Shown piece by piece: positions 1 to 10,143 of a DNA stretch of 32,000 bases; position 1 is the stretch's first letter, and each line of letters starts with the position of its first letter. The notes under the pieces are model-generated. The model did no database searches, was not told where the DNA came from, and worked only from the letters and a program-made list of their open reading frames with translations. Location: the NCBI RefSeq assembly GCF_000011125.1, contig NC_000854.2:270001-302000 (forward strand), written 5' to 3'. The translations under genes and the position numbers were made by a program. The DNA comes from Aeropyrum pernix K1. Lineage in GTDB: Archaea > Thermoproteota > Thermoprotei_A > Sulfolobales > Acidilobaceae.

Positions 1-458
1 GAGTACTGGCGGCGCTGAAAATACCCGTCATACAAGGGGCTTCATACTACCTGGGGGAGGCTACACCCCTTGTCTATAGCCTCGGCTACGCCCTAGGTGT
101 TACACTAGCCTCGACCTCGGCCTCAACCCTCCCGGCCTCCACAGCGGCGCTTGCTTCTACACTACTAGCAATGTATACGGGCGGCAGCCTCCCATGGCTG
201 GCCCTGTTCATTGTGGGGCTCGGCTACGGATGGGCGGTGTTCACCCTGGTTATGTACGTTCTCGATAGGGAGCCCAAGAAGGTGAGGATCGCAACAGTCT
301 CTGTGGTGGCGTGGAGCACCGCCGCCTCTCTCGCAGTGTTCGCTGTGACCTCAGTCATGGGCACGAGCCCCTACATGCCAGCCCTCGCCATACTGGTTCT
401 CGGGCTCGTGCTTTCGGCCGCCACCAGGCTGAAGAACGCCGGGGTTAGGTGGGAGTAG
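1..458 (+). CDS. Membrane protein, C-terminal part of an ORF truncated at the left window edge
   Basis: Frame 3 is open from the window edge (VLAALKIPVIQGASYYLGEATPLVYSLGY...) through the tool ORF at 171..458. Several hydrophobic segments, ending ...TRLKNAGVRWE*. Confidence 0.7.
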   Translation, partial: VLAALKIPVIQGASYYLGEATPLVYSLGYALGVTLASTSASTLPASTAALASTLLAMYTGGSLPWLALFIVGLGYGWAVFTLVMYVLDREPKKVRIATVSVVAWSTAASLAVFAVTSVMGTSPYMPALAILVLGLVLSAATRLKNAGVRWE

Positions 459-464
459 GCGCGG

Positions 465-2096
465 CTACTCCACCGCTATTATCTCCCCCAGCACCTCCTC
501 CCCGGGATTGTAGACAGGCCTCCTCTGCAGTAGACTATTGTAGACTATCTCGGCCACATAATGGTATCTCTCCTCTCCAAGGACGGCCGCCATGTTCTCG
601 AGTATTACTGTGGAGGAGGCGTGCCCCAGATCCTCCAAGGCGTATTTAGCATTGAACTCCGCCTGGCTCGGGCTCATAGACGCCAGTCTCCTAACCGTCT
701 CCTCCGCGGCCTCCACAGCCTTGGAGGCCAGGCCCTTATCATACGCATCCCCAGCCAGAGCCCTGAGGTCCTCTAGCAGAGGCTTGTGCGCCCCCTTCTT
801 CCACATCGCCTCAAGCATGTCCAAGGCCTGTATATTGCTCGTCCCCTCCCATATCGGGGTTATCAGAGCCTCCCTATGCCACCTCTCCACAGCATACTCT
901 CTCAGGAACCCTATACCGCCGAAGAGCTCCATAGCCAGCATAGTAACCCTTGCAGCCGCCTGCGCCGTCATATTCTTTGCAATGTGCGTCATGAGCCTGG
1001 CATAGTGGTATGTCATGCTGTACGGCGGCCTGTCTCCCGTAGACTTCTCGAAGAGGTCTACAGCCTTGTGGGTGAGAGCCAGAGACTCCTCTATAAGAAC
1101 CTCCATCTCCAGGAGATCCCTTCTCACTAGGGGATGCTCTATTATTCTCTTCCCGAACGCCCGCCTATGCTTCGCGTAGTTATAGGCCTCCAGGTAAGCC
1201 TTCCTAGCTATCCCCACTGCGCCCGCTGAGTTGGCTATCCTGGATATCATCAGGTCCTCGAGGGTGTAGTAGATACCCTTGTCAGCGTCGCCGATAAGAT
1301 AGGCCTCGGAATCCTGGAGCTCCACCTCCCCGGTGGGCACAGCTATGGTCCCGCTCTTGTCCTTGAGCCTCCTCACACTATAGTTCAGCCCGCCGCCCCT
1401 CCTATAGCGGGGAACCGCGAATAGTGAGAGCCCCTTCGCGCCAGCCGGAGCACCCTCGGGCCTCGCCGTGACTAGGGCGATATCAGCCAGGCCTGCGCCG
1501 CTGGCGAAGTACTTGTAGCCCGTGAGCAGCCACACGCCGTCGCCCGCCTTCCTCGCAACAGTTTCGTTGGCACCTAGATCGCTTCCCCCCTGTATCTCGG
1601 TGAACCACGTGGCCCCTATCATCGGAGGCCTGTCCAGCCCTGCCAGCCTTCTATAGTAGTGCTTCAACTCCTCGCCGCCGTACTTCCAGAGGGCGTAGGC
1701 TGTCTGCATCGTTATAGTTAGTATGCACCCGACTCCGGGGTCGCCGACGAGATTTATACCGGCGAAGTGCTCGTGCCAGCTTCCGCCGACGTATGGGTGC
1801 CTGTTGACGCCATATTCGTACATAAGCCTGTCAACAGCCCTACGCAGTGCAGGATCGACCAGCACGGTGTCGCTTCTCTCACCCCTCACGGACCACATAA
1901 CATGGACGGGCCAGCTCAGCCTATCAACCCTGTAAGCCACCTCATAAAGCTCCGTGCCAACATACTCGCCAAGACCCGCCAGATCCGGCTCCTTCGATGT
2001 GAAGTACCTGAGCGTGTCCCTCAACGGCTTGTCAACAAGGTAATGGTTCAAACCGTAGGCCATAGAAACTTCTCCGAAAGCAGGCTCCAGAGGCAA
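465..2096 (-). CDS. Acyl-CoA dehydrogenase family protein (AidB-like/long form)
   Basis: 543 aa with acyl-CoA dehydrogenase signatures: GATWFTEIQGGSDLGAN, ARRAFGKRIIEHPLVRRDLLEMEV-like C-terminal helices, ELFGGIGFLREYAVERWHREALITPIWEGTSNIQALD. Confidence 0.92.
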   Translation of the reverse strand: MPLEPAFGEVSMAYGLNHYLVDKPLRDTLRYFTSKEPDLAGLGEYVGTELYEVAYRVDRLSWPVHVMWSVRGERSDTVLVDPALRRAVDRLMYEYGVNRHPYVGGSWHEHFAGINLVGDPGVGCILTITMQTAYALWKYGGEELKHYYRRLAGLDRPPMIGATWFTEIQGGSDLGANETVARKAGDGVWLLTGYKYFASGAGLADIALVTARPEGAPAGAKGLSLFAVPRYRRGGGLNYSVRRLKDKSGTIAVPTGEVELQDSEAYLIGDADKGIYYTLEDLMISRIANSAGAVGIARKAYLEAYNYAKHRRAFGKRIIEHPLVRRDLLEMEVLIEESLALTHKAVDLFEKSTGDRPPYSMTYHYARLMTHIAKNMTAQAAARVTMLAMELFGGIGFLREYAVERWHREALITPIWEGTSNIQALDMLEAMWKKGAHKPLLEDLRALAGDAYDKGLASKAVEAAEETVRRLASMSPSQAEFNAKYALEDLGHASSTVILENMAAVLGEERYHYVAEIVYNSLLQRRPVYNPGEEVLGEIIAVE

Positions 2097-2276
2097 GAGA
2101 GCCGCACCAATCTATAGGATTGAGAGAGGGGACGCATAACAGTGAGCATCCAAGGAGGCGGGTTAGAGTGTGGGTGAAGCGGGCTGTAACCAAGGGATCT
2201 GCCCATACAAAGTGGAGCCTTGGCTAGAGTATGAAGGACAATGGTAATACGTGCTGTATTGGGGTTTCCGCCTGGT

Positions 2277-2759
2277 CTAGTGTAGCTCCCTATACACTTC
2301 TATCTGGAACTCTCTGAAGCCCAGCTGGCTGTAGAACCTTTTAGCCACGTAGTTTGTGATTGGGTAGAGGGCAGACATCATACCTGCACCTCTCCTTCTA
2401 GCCTCTTCCGCCGCCTTCTGGGTGAGGAGCTGTCCTATAGCCCTTCTTCTGTACCTTGGTTTCACGTAGATGTCTGTTATCACGGCTTTGATGCGGGGTT
2501 TGTAAAACCTCCTGTCTACAAGCTCCACCCTGATGAAGCCCGCTAAACCTTCTCCATGCTGAGCCACTATTATGAAGCTCTTGTCGTCCGATAGAGTCTC
2601 TCTAAAGTACCTCTCGGCCTCTGCCCTGATATCTTCCACAGTTTTGAAGAGGGGGTTCAACTCCTCGTTGAAGATCTTCTGCCTTACAATCATGTCTACA
2701 ATCTCAGCCTCGTCACTCTCAACAGCATGCCTCAGCACGACATCCCTACCTACAGCCAC
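2277..2759 (-). CDS. GNAT family N-acetyltransferase
   Basis: 160 aa; GNAT motif A (ITDIYVKPRYRRRAIGQLLTQKAAEEARRRG) and C-terminal AKRFYSQLGF. Confidence 0.85.
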   Translation of the reverse strand: MAVGRDVVLRHAVESDEAEIVDMIVRQKIFNEELNPLFKTVEDIRAEAERYFRETLSDDKSFIIVAQHGEGLAGFIRVELVDRRFYKPRIKAVITDIYVKPRYRRRAIGQLLTQKAAEEARRRGAGMMSALYPITNYVAKRFYSQLGFREFQIEVYRELH

Positions 2760-2765
2760 CCCACA

Positions 2766-3245
2766 TCACACCTCCTTTATCATAGTGTACATGAAGCTCC
2801 TGAAACCCAGCCTCTCATAAAACCTGTGTGCTATGGCGTTCTGGGCCGGGAATTCCCCGGCAACGGCTCGGGCGCCCAGCCTCCTCGCCTCCTCGGAGAA
2901 CCTCTCCAGGAGGAGTGACCCGAGCCCCAGCCTCCTCGCCTGGGGCTTCACATATATCTCCTTAACCACGGCCATCCTGCCGTTCGCCAGCAGCGGCATC
3001 TCCCTTATATAACCCCTTATATAGCCCACAACCTCCTCTGCAACCTGAGCCACAAGCACAATCTCACCGCCACCCCCCGCTACAATCTTCTCAGCCTCAG
3101 CTGCCGCAGCCTCCTTGGCGTCATCCTTCAGCGTCCAGAGCGGGTCGAACTCCTCGTTGAGCATGTAAAACCTGTATATGAGCTCGGCAAGGACCTCCTT
3201 GTCCCCCGGCCGTGGGGGCCTTACATGCACTCCCCTCTCATACAC
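2766..3245 (-). CDS. GNAT family N-acetyltransferase, tandem paralogue
   Basis: 159 aa; VKEIYVKPQARRLGLGSLLLERFSEEARRLGA...AHRFYERLGF. Strongly similar in layout to the adjacent ORF. Confidence 0.85.
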   Translation of the reverse strand: MYERGVHVRPPRPGDKEVLAELIYRFYMLNEEFDPLWTLKDDAKEAAAAEAEKIVAGGGGEIVLVAQVAEEVVGYIRGYIREMPLLANGRMAVVKEIYVKPQARRLGLGSLLLERFSEEARRLGARAVAGEFPAQNAIAHRFYERLGFRSFMYTMIKEV

Positions 3246-3268
3246 TCCTCCACACCCCCAAACTAAAG

Positions 3269-4609
3269 CTACACAAGCCTCTCTATCAGGCCCGCCGAGA
3301 GAAGGGCGCCGTACTTCCTCCTAGTCGTCTCTATTATAGCCCTAGCGTTCTCAAGCTCCTCAGCGTAGGTCCTCGGCTTCCTGGCAACCTTCTCCCTACT
3401 GGCAGCCCATGCGACGGCGGCCGCAACCCTGTAGTGGACCTGCCAGTCTGTTATGGGGGGGAGTATCCTATCCTCCTCGATTCCTATCTCCTCCTCAGTA
3501 TACCTAGCTATCTCCTCCGCCGCCGCTATAGCCATCCCATCAGTTATGGCCCGCGATCTCACGTCGAGGGCTCCCCTGAAGACCCCTGGGAACACGAGGG
3601 CGTTGTTGACCTGGTTGGGCAGGTCGCTCCTGCCTGTCGCGACGACCCTAGCGCCAGCATCCCTCGCCTCCCACGGCCATATCTCGGGGGTGGGGTTTGC
3701 GAGTGCGAACACTATGGGGTCTCTGGACATGCCCCTTATCCACTCCTTCTTGACAACCCCTGGCCCGGGCCTGGAGGCGGCGACTAGGGCGTCAGCCCCC
3801 CTGAGGGCCTCTTCCAAGCTACTCCCAGGCGCTAGCCCGCCCCCCTCCGTCTCCAGGGCGATTTCATACTTGTATCTGTTAGAGAAGAGAAGCCTGTCCA
3901 TATCCTCACGCTCGGGGTGGAGGACCCCCTTGCTGTCTACTACCACTATGTTCCTCGGATTGACGCCATAAGCCTTGAGGAACCTGTAGAGGGCTATGTT
4001 AGCAGCCCCGGCGCCCAGGAGGACTATCCTCGACTCTCTGAGGTTCTTACCCACTATCTTGAACGCGTTTATCAGCCCCGCTAGGCTGGCCGCCGCGGTT
4101 CCCTGCTGGTCGTCGTGCCACACCGGTATCTCCAGCTCCATCCTGAGGAAGTCGAGGAGGTAGAAGCACTTGGGGCTCTCAATATCCTCCAAGTTGACCC
4201 CTCCGAAGCTGGGCTCCAGATCCTTGACAAGGCTTGCGAAAGCGCCCGGCTCCCGGCGCCTATGTACTATGGGCACAGCGTCCACGCCGCCGAACAGCTT
4301 GAATATCAGTGCCTTCCCCTCCATCACAGGGTACGCGGCCTCTGGCAGCAGCTTGCCCAGCCCGAGGACCCGTGTGGCGTCGGTTACTATGGCGACCATG
4401 TTCCACCTGCTGGTGAGCTCGAAGCTCTCGTCCGGGTCCTTGTTTATCCTGATGCTCGCCTCCGCCACTCCTGGTGTGTACCATATTGCAAAGTCCTCAA
4501 CACCCGATACAGGAACCTTCGGCATGACCTCTATCTTGCCGCCGTACCTCCTGTATATCTCTATGATCCTCGCGCCCCCAATATCGTCGGAGCTGCTGTC
4601 TCCCGCCAT
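3269..4609 (-). CDS. Malic enzyme, NAD(P)-dependent
   Basis: 446 aa; malic enzyme N-domain (YTPGVAEASIRINKDP, NMVAIVTDATRVLGLGKLLPEAAYPVMEGKALIFKLFGGVDAVP), PKCFYLLDFLRMELEIPVWHDDQQGTAA, and NAD-binding GAGAANIA. Confidence 0.93.
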   Translation of the reverse strand: MAGDSSSDDIGGARIIEIYRRYGGKIEVMPKVPVSGVEDFAIWYTPGVAEASIRINKDPDESFELTSRWNMVAIVTDATRVLGLGKLLPEAAYPVMEGKALIFKLFGGVDAVPIVHRRREPGAFASLVKDLEPSFGGVNLEDIESPKCFYLLDFLRMELEIPVWHDDQQGTAAASLAGLINAFKIVGKNLRESRIVLLGAGAANIALYRFLKAYGVNPRNIVVVDSKGVLHPEREDMDRLLFSNRYKYEIALETEGGGLAPGSSLEEALRGADALVAASRPGPGVVKKEWIRGMSRDPIVFALANPTPEIWPWEARDAGARVVATGRSDLPNQVNNALVFPGVFRGALDVRSRAITDGMAIAAAEEIARYTEEEIGIEEDRILPPITDWQVHYRVAAAVAWAASREKVARKPRTYAEELENARAIIETTRRKYGALLSAGLIERLV

Positions 4610-4663
4610 AACCAGAGCTACCCAGAGGAGAGTGTGGAGTGTAGAGTATTAAAAAGGGGGTGA

Positions 4664-6343
4664 TTACTGCTGCGGCTCCTGCTCTAGTATGTTTGCGAAC
4701 TTCTCCCTCAGGCTCCTCTTGTTTATCTTACCCACGCTGGTCTTCGGAAGGTCGTCCACAAGCACAATCTTGTCTGGAAGCCACCACTTCGGTATTTCGC
4801 CCTTCTCTACGAAGTTCTTGGCGAGCCACTCCCTAACCTCCTCTGTAGTCAGCTTGTCCTGCCATCCGGGCTTCGGGACTATGATGGCGACGGGCCTCTC
4901 GCCCCACTTCGGATGCCTAGCACCTATCACCGCCACCTGCGCCACACCCGGATGCTGGCTTATGAGGCTCTCGAGCCTCAAGCTGCTTATCCACTCTCCC
5001 CCGCTCTTTATAATGTCCTTGTCCCTGTCCACGATCTGTATGTAGCCCTCCGGGGTCCAGACGGCTATGTCTCCGGTGTGGAACCAGCCTCCCCTCCAAG
5101 CCTTCTCCGTCTTCTCAGGGTCCTTGTAGTACTCTGGGGTGACCCAAGGCGTCCTCACCACTATCTCTCCCATGGTCTTCCCGTCCTTCGGCACGGGCTC
5201 CAGGGTCTCCGGGTCGGCCACCATCAGCTCCACCAGGGGGACTGGCCAGCCGGTTGTGAGGGATAGCTCCTCGCTCCTGTCCATGTACTTTTGGGGCACG
5301 TTTGCTAGAGTCAATATTGGCGCTGTCTCCGTCATGCCGTAGCCCACGATAACTTCTATGCCCCTCTTCCTAGCAGCGTCCGCCAGCCCTTTGGGGAGCG
5401 CCTGCCCCCCGTTGACGAAGAGGAGTCCTGAGAGGTCGTACTTACCGCTCTCCGGGTGGGAGAGCAGCATGTAGAGTATGGTGGGTACGCCCGCAGTGAC
5501 TGTAACCTTCTCGCCCACTATAAGGTCTAGGAGGACCTTGGGGTCTAGCCTGCCCGGGAACACCTGCTTCATCCCGGTGAGCGTCGCCATGTAGGGGAGT
5601 CCCCACGCTAGCACGTGGAACATGGGGACTATGTGGAGAAGGGTGTCATCCCCTGTAACCCTCCTCCTACCCCTAGTGGCTAGGGCTAGGGCCCCGCTGA
5701 GAGCGTGGACCACTATCATCCTATGGCTGTGGTACACGCCCTTCGGCAGCCCCGTGGTCCCGCTGGTGTAGCCCATCGCAGCCGGCCTGTTCTCGTCGAG
5801 CTCGGGCCACTCGAACCTCCCGCCGTGCTCCTTTATGAGGTCCTCATAGTTGTGTAGCCTCCTGCCTGCTATCCTGTCCGGGTGGGACTCGGCGTCCACT
5901 ATTACCACGTGCTCCACGCTGGGTGCGTGGGGGAGTATGGCCTCCGCGAGCTTCAGGAAGTCGCTGTGCACGATCAGAACCTTATCCTCAGCGTGGTTCA
6001 TTATGTAGGCTATCTCGTTGGGGGCTAGCCTCACGTTGAGAGGGTGGAGAACAGCCCCCATCATGGGGGCCGCGAAGTAGGTCTCATAGTGCCAGTGGGT
6101 GTTCCAGTCCATAGTTGCTACCCTGTCGAGCCCGGACACGCCGAGCGCCCTGAGGGCGTTGGCTAGGCTTTCAATCCTTCTCGCGGCGTCTGAGAAGGTG
6201 TATCTCTCCAGCCCCTTAGTGGTGCGGGATACTATCTCCAAGTCGCTCCACATGTAGAGGGCGTACTGGTAGATCTTGTGGATAGTGAGACTATAGCCCG
6301 GCCTCCATGGGGTCTTCTCGGGCAATGCCAAGAACTCTTTCAC
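4664..6343 (-). CDS. AMP-dependent acyl-CoA synthetase/ligase (medium/long-chain)
   Basis: 559 aa; YTSGTTGLPKGVYHSH, VGYGMTETAP, GWFHTGDIAVWTPEGYIQIVDRDKDIIKSGGEWISS, KTSVGKINKRSLR. Confidence 0.94.
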   Translation of the reverse strand: MKEFLALPEKTPWRPGYSLTIHKIYQYALYMWSDLEIVSRTTKGLERYTFSDAARRIESLANALRALGVSGLDRVATMDWNTHWHYETYFAAPMMGAVLHPLNVRLAPNEIAYIMNHAEDKVLIVHSDFLKLAEAILPHAPSVEHVVIVDAESHPDRIAGRRLHNYEDLIKEHGGRFEWPELDENRPAAMGYTSGTTGLPKGVYHSHRMIVVHALSGALALATRGRRRVTGDDTLLHIVPMFHVLAWGLPYMATLTGMKQVFPGRLDPKVLLDLIVGEKVTVTAGVPTILYMLLSHPESGKYDLSGLLFVNGGQALPKGLADAARKRGIEVIVGYGMTETAPILTLANVPQKYMDRSEELSLTTGWPVPLVELMVADPETLEPVPKDGKTMGEIVVRTPWVTPEYYKDPEKTEKAWRGGWFHTGDIAVWTPEGYIQIVDRDKDIIKSGGEWISSLRLESLISQHPGVAQVAVIGARHPKWGERPVAIIVPKPGWQDKLTTEEVREWLAKNFVEKGEIPKWWLPDKIVLVDDLPKTSVGKINKRSLREKFANILEQEPQQ

Positions 6344-6418
6344 CGGATCATGCTATCTAGGCTTCTGATGGTTTTTAGTGTGGGAAAATGGTGTGGTATT
6401 AGCTCTATTGTCGAGCGT

Positions 6419-6835
6419 TCAGCAGCCCAGCCTCTCCAAAGCCGCCGTCAAAGATGAGTAGGCGTCTTCAAGCGTCTCAAAAACGGCTTTAACCCTGAGT
6501 ATGGGGAACCCGGGGAGGCTATCGTCGAGCTGGTACGAGAGGGGGCGGCCCAGCATGGTCATCAGCCCCAGAAGCGCCTTCATACCCTCCAGCGACTCGC
6601 CGACGGTGGATGGGTCCACGGGCAGCGGTATCGAGGCCTCAACTATCGGCCCCACCCCCGGCTCGTCCTTCACCTCAACCAACCCCCCGGCAACGTGTAT
6701 CCTCGTCACATCACCCTCCGCCTCGAACTGGCAGCCCATCTCGCTAAGGCGCCTCTGGAAGGCCCCCGACACCCCCCTACCCGCGTGCCCCGGTATACCC
6801 TCCTCACCGGGCTCTCCATGCAACACACTGCTCAC
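6419..6835 (-). CDS. Hypothetical protein, overlaps the pyrH stop codon
   Basis: 138 aa ORF co-directional with and overlapping 6832..7572 by 4 nt. No recognised family; start codon uncertain. Confidence 0.5.
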   Translation of the reverse strand: MSSVLHGEPGEEGIPGHAGRGVSGAFQRRLSEMGCQFEAEGDVTRIHVAGGLVEVKDEPGVGPIVEASIPLPVDPSTVGESLEGMKALLGLMTMLGRPLSYQLDDSLPGFPILRVKAVFETLEDAYSSLTAALERLGC

Positions 6836-7572
6836 CCCTCAACAATGCTCCCCTTCTCCCCCTTCAGCGCGCCCCATATGTTAGCCGGGTCGCTGCAGTC
6901 GAAAAACACTATCCTCAACCCGCTCCTCCTGGCAACGCTCAGAGCCACCATGTCCCATAGTGTGTAGGAGCCGGCCCGCTGAGAAGAGACCTTCACAAGT
7001 ATATCCTCGAGCTGCCTGTAAGTCAGCCTCCTAAGCAGCCTGGCCCCGGGGGTTGAGGGCTCGTCGCTATACACCCCCTCAACGCCTTTTAGACAGTTAA
7101 GCAGCGTCCTGGCACCCAGGGCCTCCGCAATAACAGCGGCCACCGCGTTCGTGCTCTGGCCCGGCTGGAAGCCCCCTGAGACCGGTATGAGGCCCGTCAT
7201 AAAGACTTCTAGAACCTCCCTTAGAGAGGCTAGAGGGTATGGCTGTGAGCGTGGGTAGAGCAGCTTAGCAAGCAGAGAGGCGTTGAGCCTGGAAGACTCG
7301 ATGCCCATCTCATCAAGCAAGGCCTCACTAACGCCAGCCCGCCTCAAAACGTCGATATAGCTCCTTGCCAGTCCGCCGCCCCCGACGACAACGGCAACCC
7401 TAAACCCCCCATCCACAAGGCCCCAGAGCACGTCCCTAAGCCGGGTTAGATAATCCAGGCGGGGCGGGTGCACGAGGCTCCCACTGATCTTGACGACGAC
7501 AGACTCCACCACCATAACCCCCCACGCGAGAGTGTAGGCTGAGAAGAGGAATAACGGTGAAACGCCCCCCAC
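6832..7572 (-). CDS. pyrH: UMP kinase-like amino acid kinase family protein (archaeal uridylate kinase type)
   Basis: 246 aa; VVKISGSLV, VAVVVGGGGLARSYIDVLRRAGVSEALLDEMGIESSRLNA, GGFQPGQSTNAVAAVIAEALGA, LNCLKGVEGVYSDEP. The ORF start may be a little downstream of the annotated one. Confidence 0.8.
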   Translation of the reverse strand: MGGVSPLFLFSAYTLAWGVMVVESVVVKISGSLVHPPRLDYLTRLRDVLWGLVDGGFRVAVVVGGGGLARSYIDVLRRAGVSEALLDEMGIESSRLNASLLAKLLYPRSQPYPLASLREVLEVFMTGLIPVSGGFQPGQSTNAVAAVIAEALGARTLLNCLKGVEGVYSDEPSTPGARLLRRLTYRQLEDILVKVSSQRAGSYTLWDMVALSVARRSGLRIVFFDCSDPANIWGALKGEKGSIVEG

Positions 7573-7738
7573 GGGTCTAAGGGGTATGGTCAGCTGTCCT
7601 GGCCTTCCCCATGCTACCCAGAGTCGGCGCTTTTAACCCTCATCACTCCCGGGGGGGTGGCCTGTCTCACCAGGGTATTACAGACTGGTACCCGGGAATT
7701 ATGGTTGGGGTGTTAATAGGTATATCGGTGAGCCTCGG

Positions 7739-7987
7739 TTGGCGCTGGAGGACCTCGTGGCGGTGTACAGCCAGGCTAAGGAGCTGGTGTGGCAGGGGGG
7801 CTTCGACGTCAGCTATTATCTCGTCGTGTTCGGTATAGCGCTGCTCTCGGTTGTCGGAGCGTTCACTCTAGGGCTGGTGGGCTACAGGCTGCTTAACGCC
7901 GCGGTAAACACTGATACGGCGGGCCTGCTGAAGATAACGTTCATACTGGCCTCGGTACTGCTTGTTGTGGGAGTGCTGCTGCCGTGA
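7739..7987 (+). CDS. Small two-TM membrane protein, unknown function
   Basis: 82 aa with two hydrophobic helices (YYLVVFGIALLSVVGAFTLGLVGYRLL; ITFILASVLLVVGVLLP). TTG start preceded by GGTGAG. Ends just before the 3' end of atpD (convergent). Confidence 0.6.
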   Translation: MALEDLVAVYSQAKELVWQGGFDVSYYLVVFGIALLSVVGAFTLGLVGYRLLNAAVNTDTAGLLKITFILASVLLVVGVLLP

Positions 7988-8015
7988 GGCAAAGGTCTGC
8001 GGGCCTTCGACCAGG

Positions 8016-8651
8016 CTACTGTGTTTTTGCCTCCATTTTCCTCTTTATAATCTTGAGCCTGACGAAGTCCTCCCTCATCCTGTCCTCGAGAACCAGTTTT
8101 ATGAACTTTATCGCGTTCTGGTAGCTCGGGAGTATAACGTAGTCGAGGGCGTTTATCAGCCTCTGGGTGTCCTTCAGCTCGCTTATGAGGCGCTGGAGGG
8201 TCTCCTCATACTCCGCTAGCTTCAGGAGCTTGTCCAGAATGCTCCTCATATCGAGGATTGACTGGACAAGCTTAGGGTCGGAGCCCGCGGGGAGTGGGAG
8301 AGGGGGCACCGTCTCCTCCCTCAGACTGAACACGGGAGTCTTCACTGCGAAGAGGGTTCTGGTGGAGACATCCACCTCGAGGCTACCCTCGGCGGGTGCT
8401 GTGAAAGCCCTAGCCCTCTCTATACCCTCAGCCGCCACGCCAAGGTAGTAGTTCTGGTATATCCTCTCCAGCTCGCTGTAAACCTCCCTCTGGTAGCGAA
8501 CGTACTCGGCCGCCATGCTGGTTATGTAGTGGAGTATAACCTCCCTCTTCTCCTCCATAACCCTTCTTATACGCCTCAGCATGGCCAGTTCTCGCCGGAG
8601 CCTGATGAGGTTTATCTTCGTCGGCAGCACTTTCCTCGGGTCTACAGCCAA
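8016..8651 (-). CDS. atpD: A-type ATP synthase subunit D
   Basis: 211 aa; [34 protein letters not shown]..., [21 protein letters not shown]-like segment (here [38 protein letters not shown]). Confidence 0.93.
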
Positions 8652-8710
8652 AGCACCTTACACCTCCCACGCTAGAGTGGATAAAGCATTTGATGCGGAG
8701 GGCAGGGCTT

Positions 8711-10111
8711 CTAGCCCGCCCTGTACTTCGGGTGGTACTTCTTTATAGTCTCCTCCTTTATGTTGACCAGCTCCTCCTCCGGCAGCACCGAGAGTATCTC
8801 CCAGGCTATGTCAAGAGTCTCCTCGATACTCCTGTTCTCCCTCTCACCCTGCTTGAGGAACCTCTGTTCGAAGAGGTCCGCGAACTTCAGGTACCGCCTG
8901 TCACGCTCGCTGAGGCTCTCCTCGCCAACCACCGCCGTGAGGCTCCTCAGCTCTACACCCCTGCTGTACGAGGCGTAGAGCTGGTTGCTTACCTCGGCGT
9001 GGTCCTCCCTGGTCTTCCCGGGGCCTATACCCTCCTTCATGAGCCTGGAGAGGCTCATGAGGACGTTTATCGGCGGGTAGATGCCCCTGTTGTGGAGCTC
9101 CCTGCTCAGCACTATCTGCCCCTCGGTTATATAGCCGGTGAGGTCTGGTATGGGGTGGGTTATGTCGTCGTTGGGCATAGTCAGTATGGGCATCTGGGTT
9201 ATGCTCCCCTTCTTCCCCTTGACCCTGCCCGCCCTCTCGTATATGCTTGCCAAGTCGCTGTAGAGGTAGCCTGGGTAGCCCTGCCTACCCGGCACCTCCT
9301 CCCTCGCAGCGCTTATCTCCCTAAGAGCCTCTGCGTAGTTGGTCATGTCTGTTATAATGACTAGCACGTGCATGTCCCTCTCGTAGGCCAGGTACTCTGC
9401 CAGTGTTAGGGCAGCCCTGGGTGTTATCAGCCTTATCATCGCCGGCTCGTCAGCGAGGTTGACGAACATGGCGACCCTCCCAAGGGCTCCCGTCTCCTCG
9501 AAGAACTTCTTGAAGAACAGGAAGTCATCGTACTTTATGCCTATTGCCGAGAAGACTACGGCGAACTCCTCCTCTTCACCCCTCACCGTGGCCTGCCTGG
9601 CAATCTGGGCCGCCAGCCTGTTGTGAGGTAGCCCCGCACCGCTGAATATGGGAAGCTTCTGCCCCCTAACCAGAGTATTCATACCATCTATAGCGCTTAC
9701 GCCAGTCTGTATGAAGTCCTCGGGGTAGGCCCTCTCAGCCGGGTTTAAGGGGGCGCCGTTGACGTCCCTCCTCTCATCAGCATCTATCTTCGGCCCCCCG
9801 TCGATAGGCTCGCCGAGGCCGTTCATTATCCTGCCCAGCATATCCTCCGTCACAGGTATCTCGAGAGGCCTCCCCATGAACCTTACCACAGTGCCCGTCG
9901 GGCTTATCCCGGTGGTGCCCTCGAAAACCTGGACCACGGCGTAGCCCATACCCACCTCGAGTACTCTACCCCTCCTCTTCTCGCCCGCGGCCGTCTCAAC
10001 CTCGACTATCTCATCGTAGGCTACCCTCGACACGCCCTCAACAACCAGGAGGGGGCCCTTAATCTCAGAAATATTCCTATACTCCCTCACGCCTAGAGCC
10101 ACGCGAACCAC
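8711..10111 (-). CDS. atpB: A-type ATP synthase subunit B
   Basis: 466 aa; [101 protein letters not shown]. Confidence 0.97.
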   Translation of the reverse strand: MVRVALGVREYRNISEIKGPLLVVEGVSRVAYDEIVEVETAAGEKRRGRVLEVGMGYAVVQVFEGTTGISPTGTVVRFMGRPLEIPVTEDMLGRIMNGLGEPIDGGPKIDADERRDVNGAPLNPAERAYPEDFIQTGVSAIDGMNTLVRGQKLPIFSGAGLPHNRLAAQIARQATVRGEEEEFAVVFSAIGIKYDDFLFFKKFFEETGALGRVAMFVNLADEPAMIRLITPRAALTLAEYLAYERDMHVLVIITDMTNYAEALREISAAREEVPGRQGYPGYLYSDLASIYERAGRVKGKKGSITQMPILTMPNDDITHPIPDLTGYITEGQIVLSRELHNRGIYPPINVLMSLSRLMKEGIGPGKTREDHAEVSNQLYASYSRGVELRSLTAVVGEESLSERDRRYLKFADLFEQRFLKQGERENRSIEETLDIAWEILSVLPEEELVNIKEETIKKYHPKYRAG

Positions 10112-10143
10112 CCCACACCATGTCTAGAGAGCCACAGTAAAGG

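Noticed and set aside
3212-3787. 191-aa plus-strand ORF
   Set aside because: Antisense to the malic enzyme and the GNAT gene. Low-complexity Pro/Leu/Tyr-rich translation typical of spurious antisense ORFs in GC-rich DNA.
7739-7987. Annotation of the small membrane ORF as ATP synthase c/K subunit
   Set aside because: No conserved acidic residue in helix 2 and no glycine-rich helix 1 motif of c subunits. Orientation is opposite to the operon.
8690-9364. 224-aa plus-strand ORF
   Set aside because: Antisense to atpB, which has unambiguous conservation. No plausible protein features.
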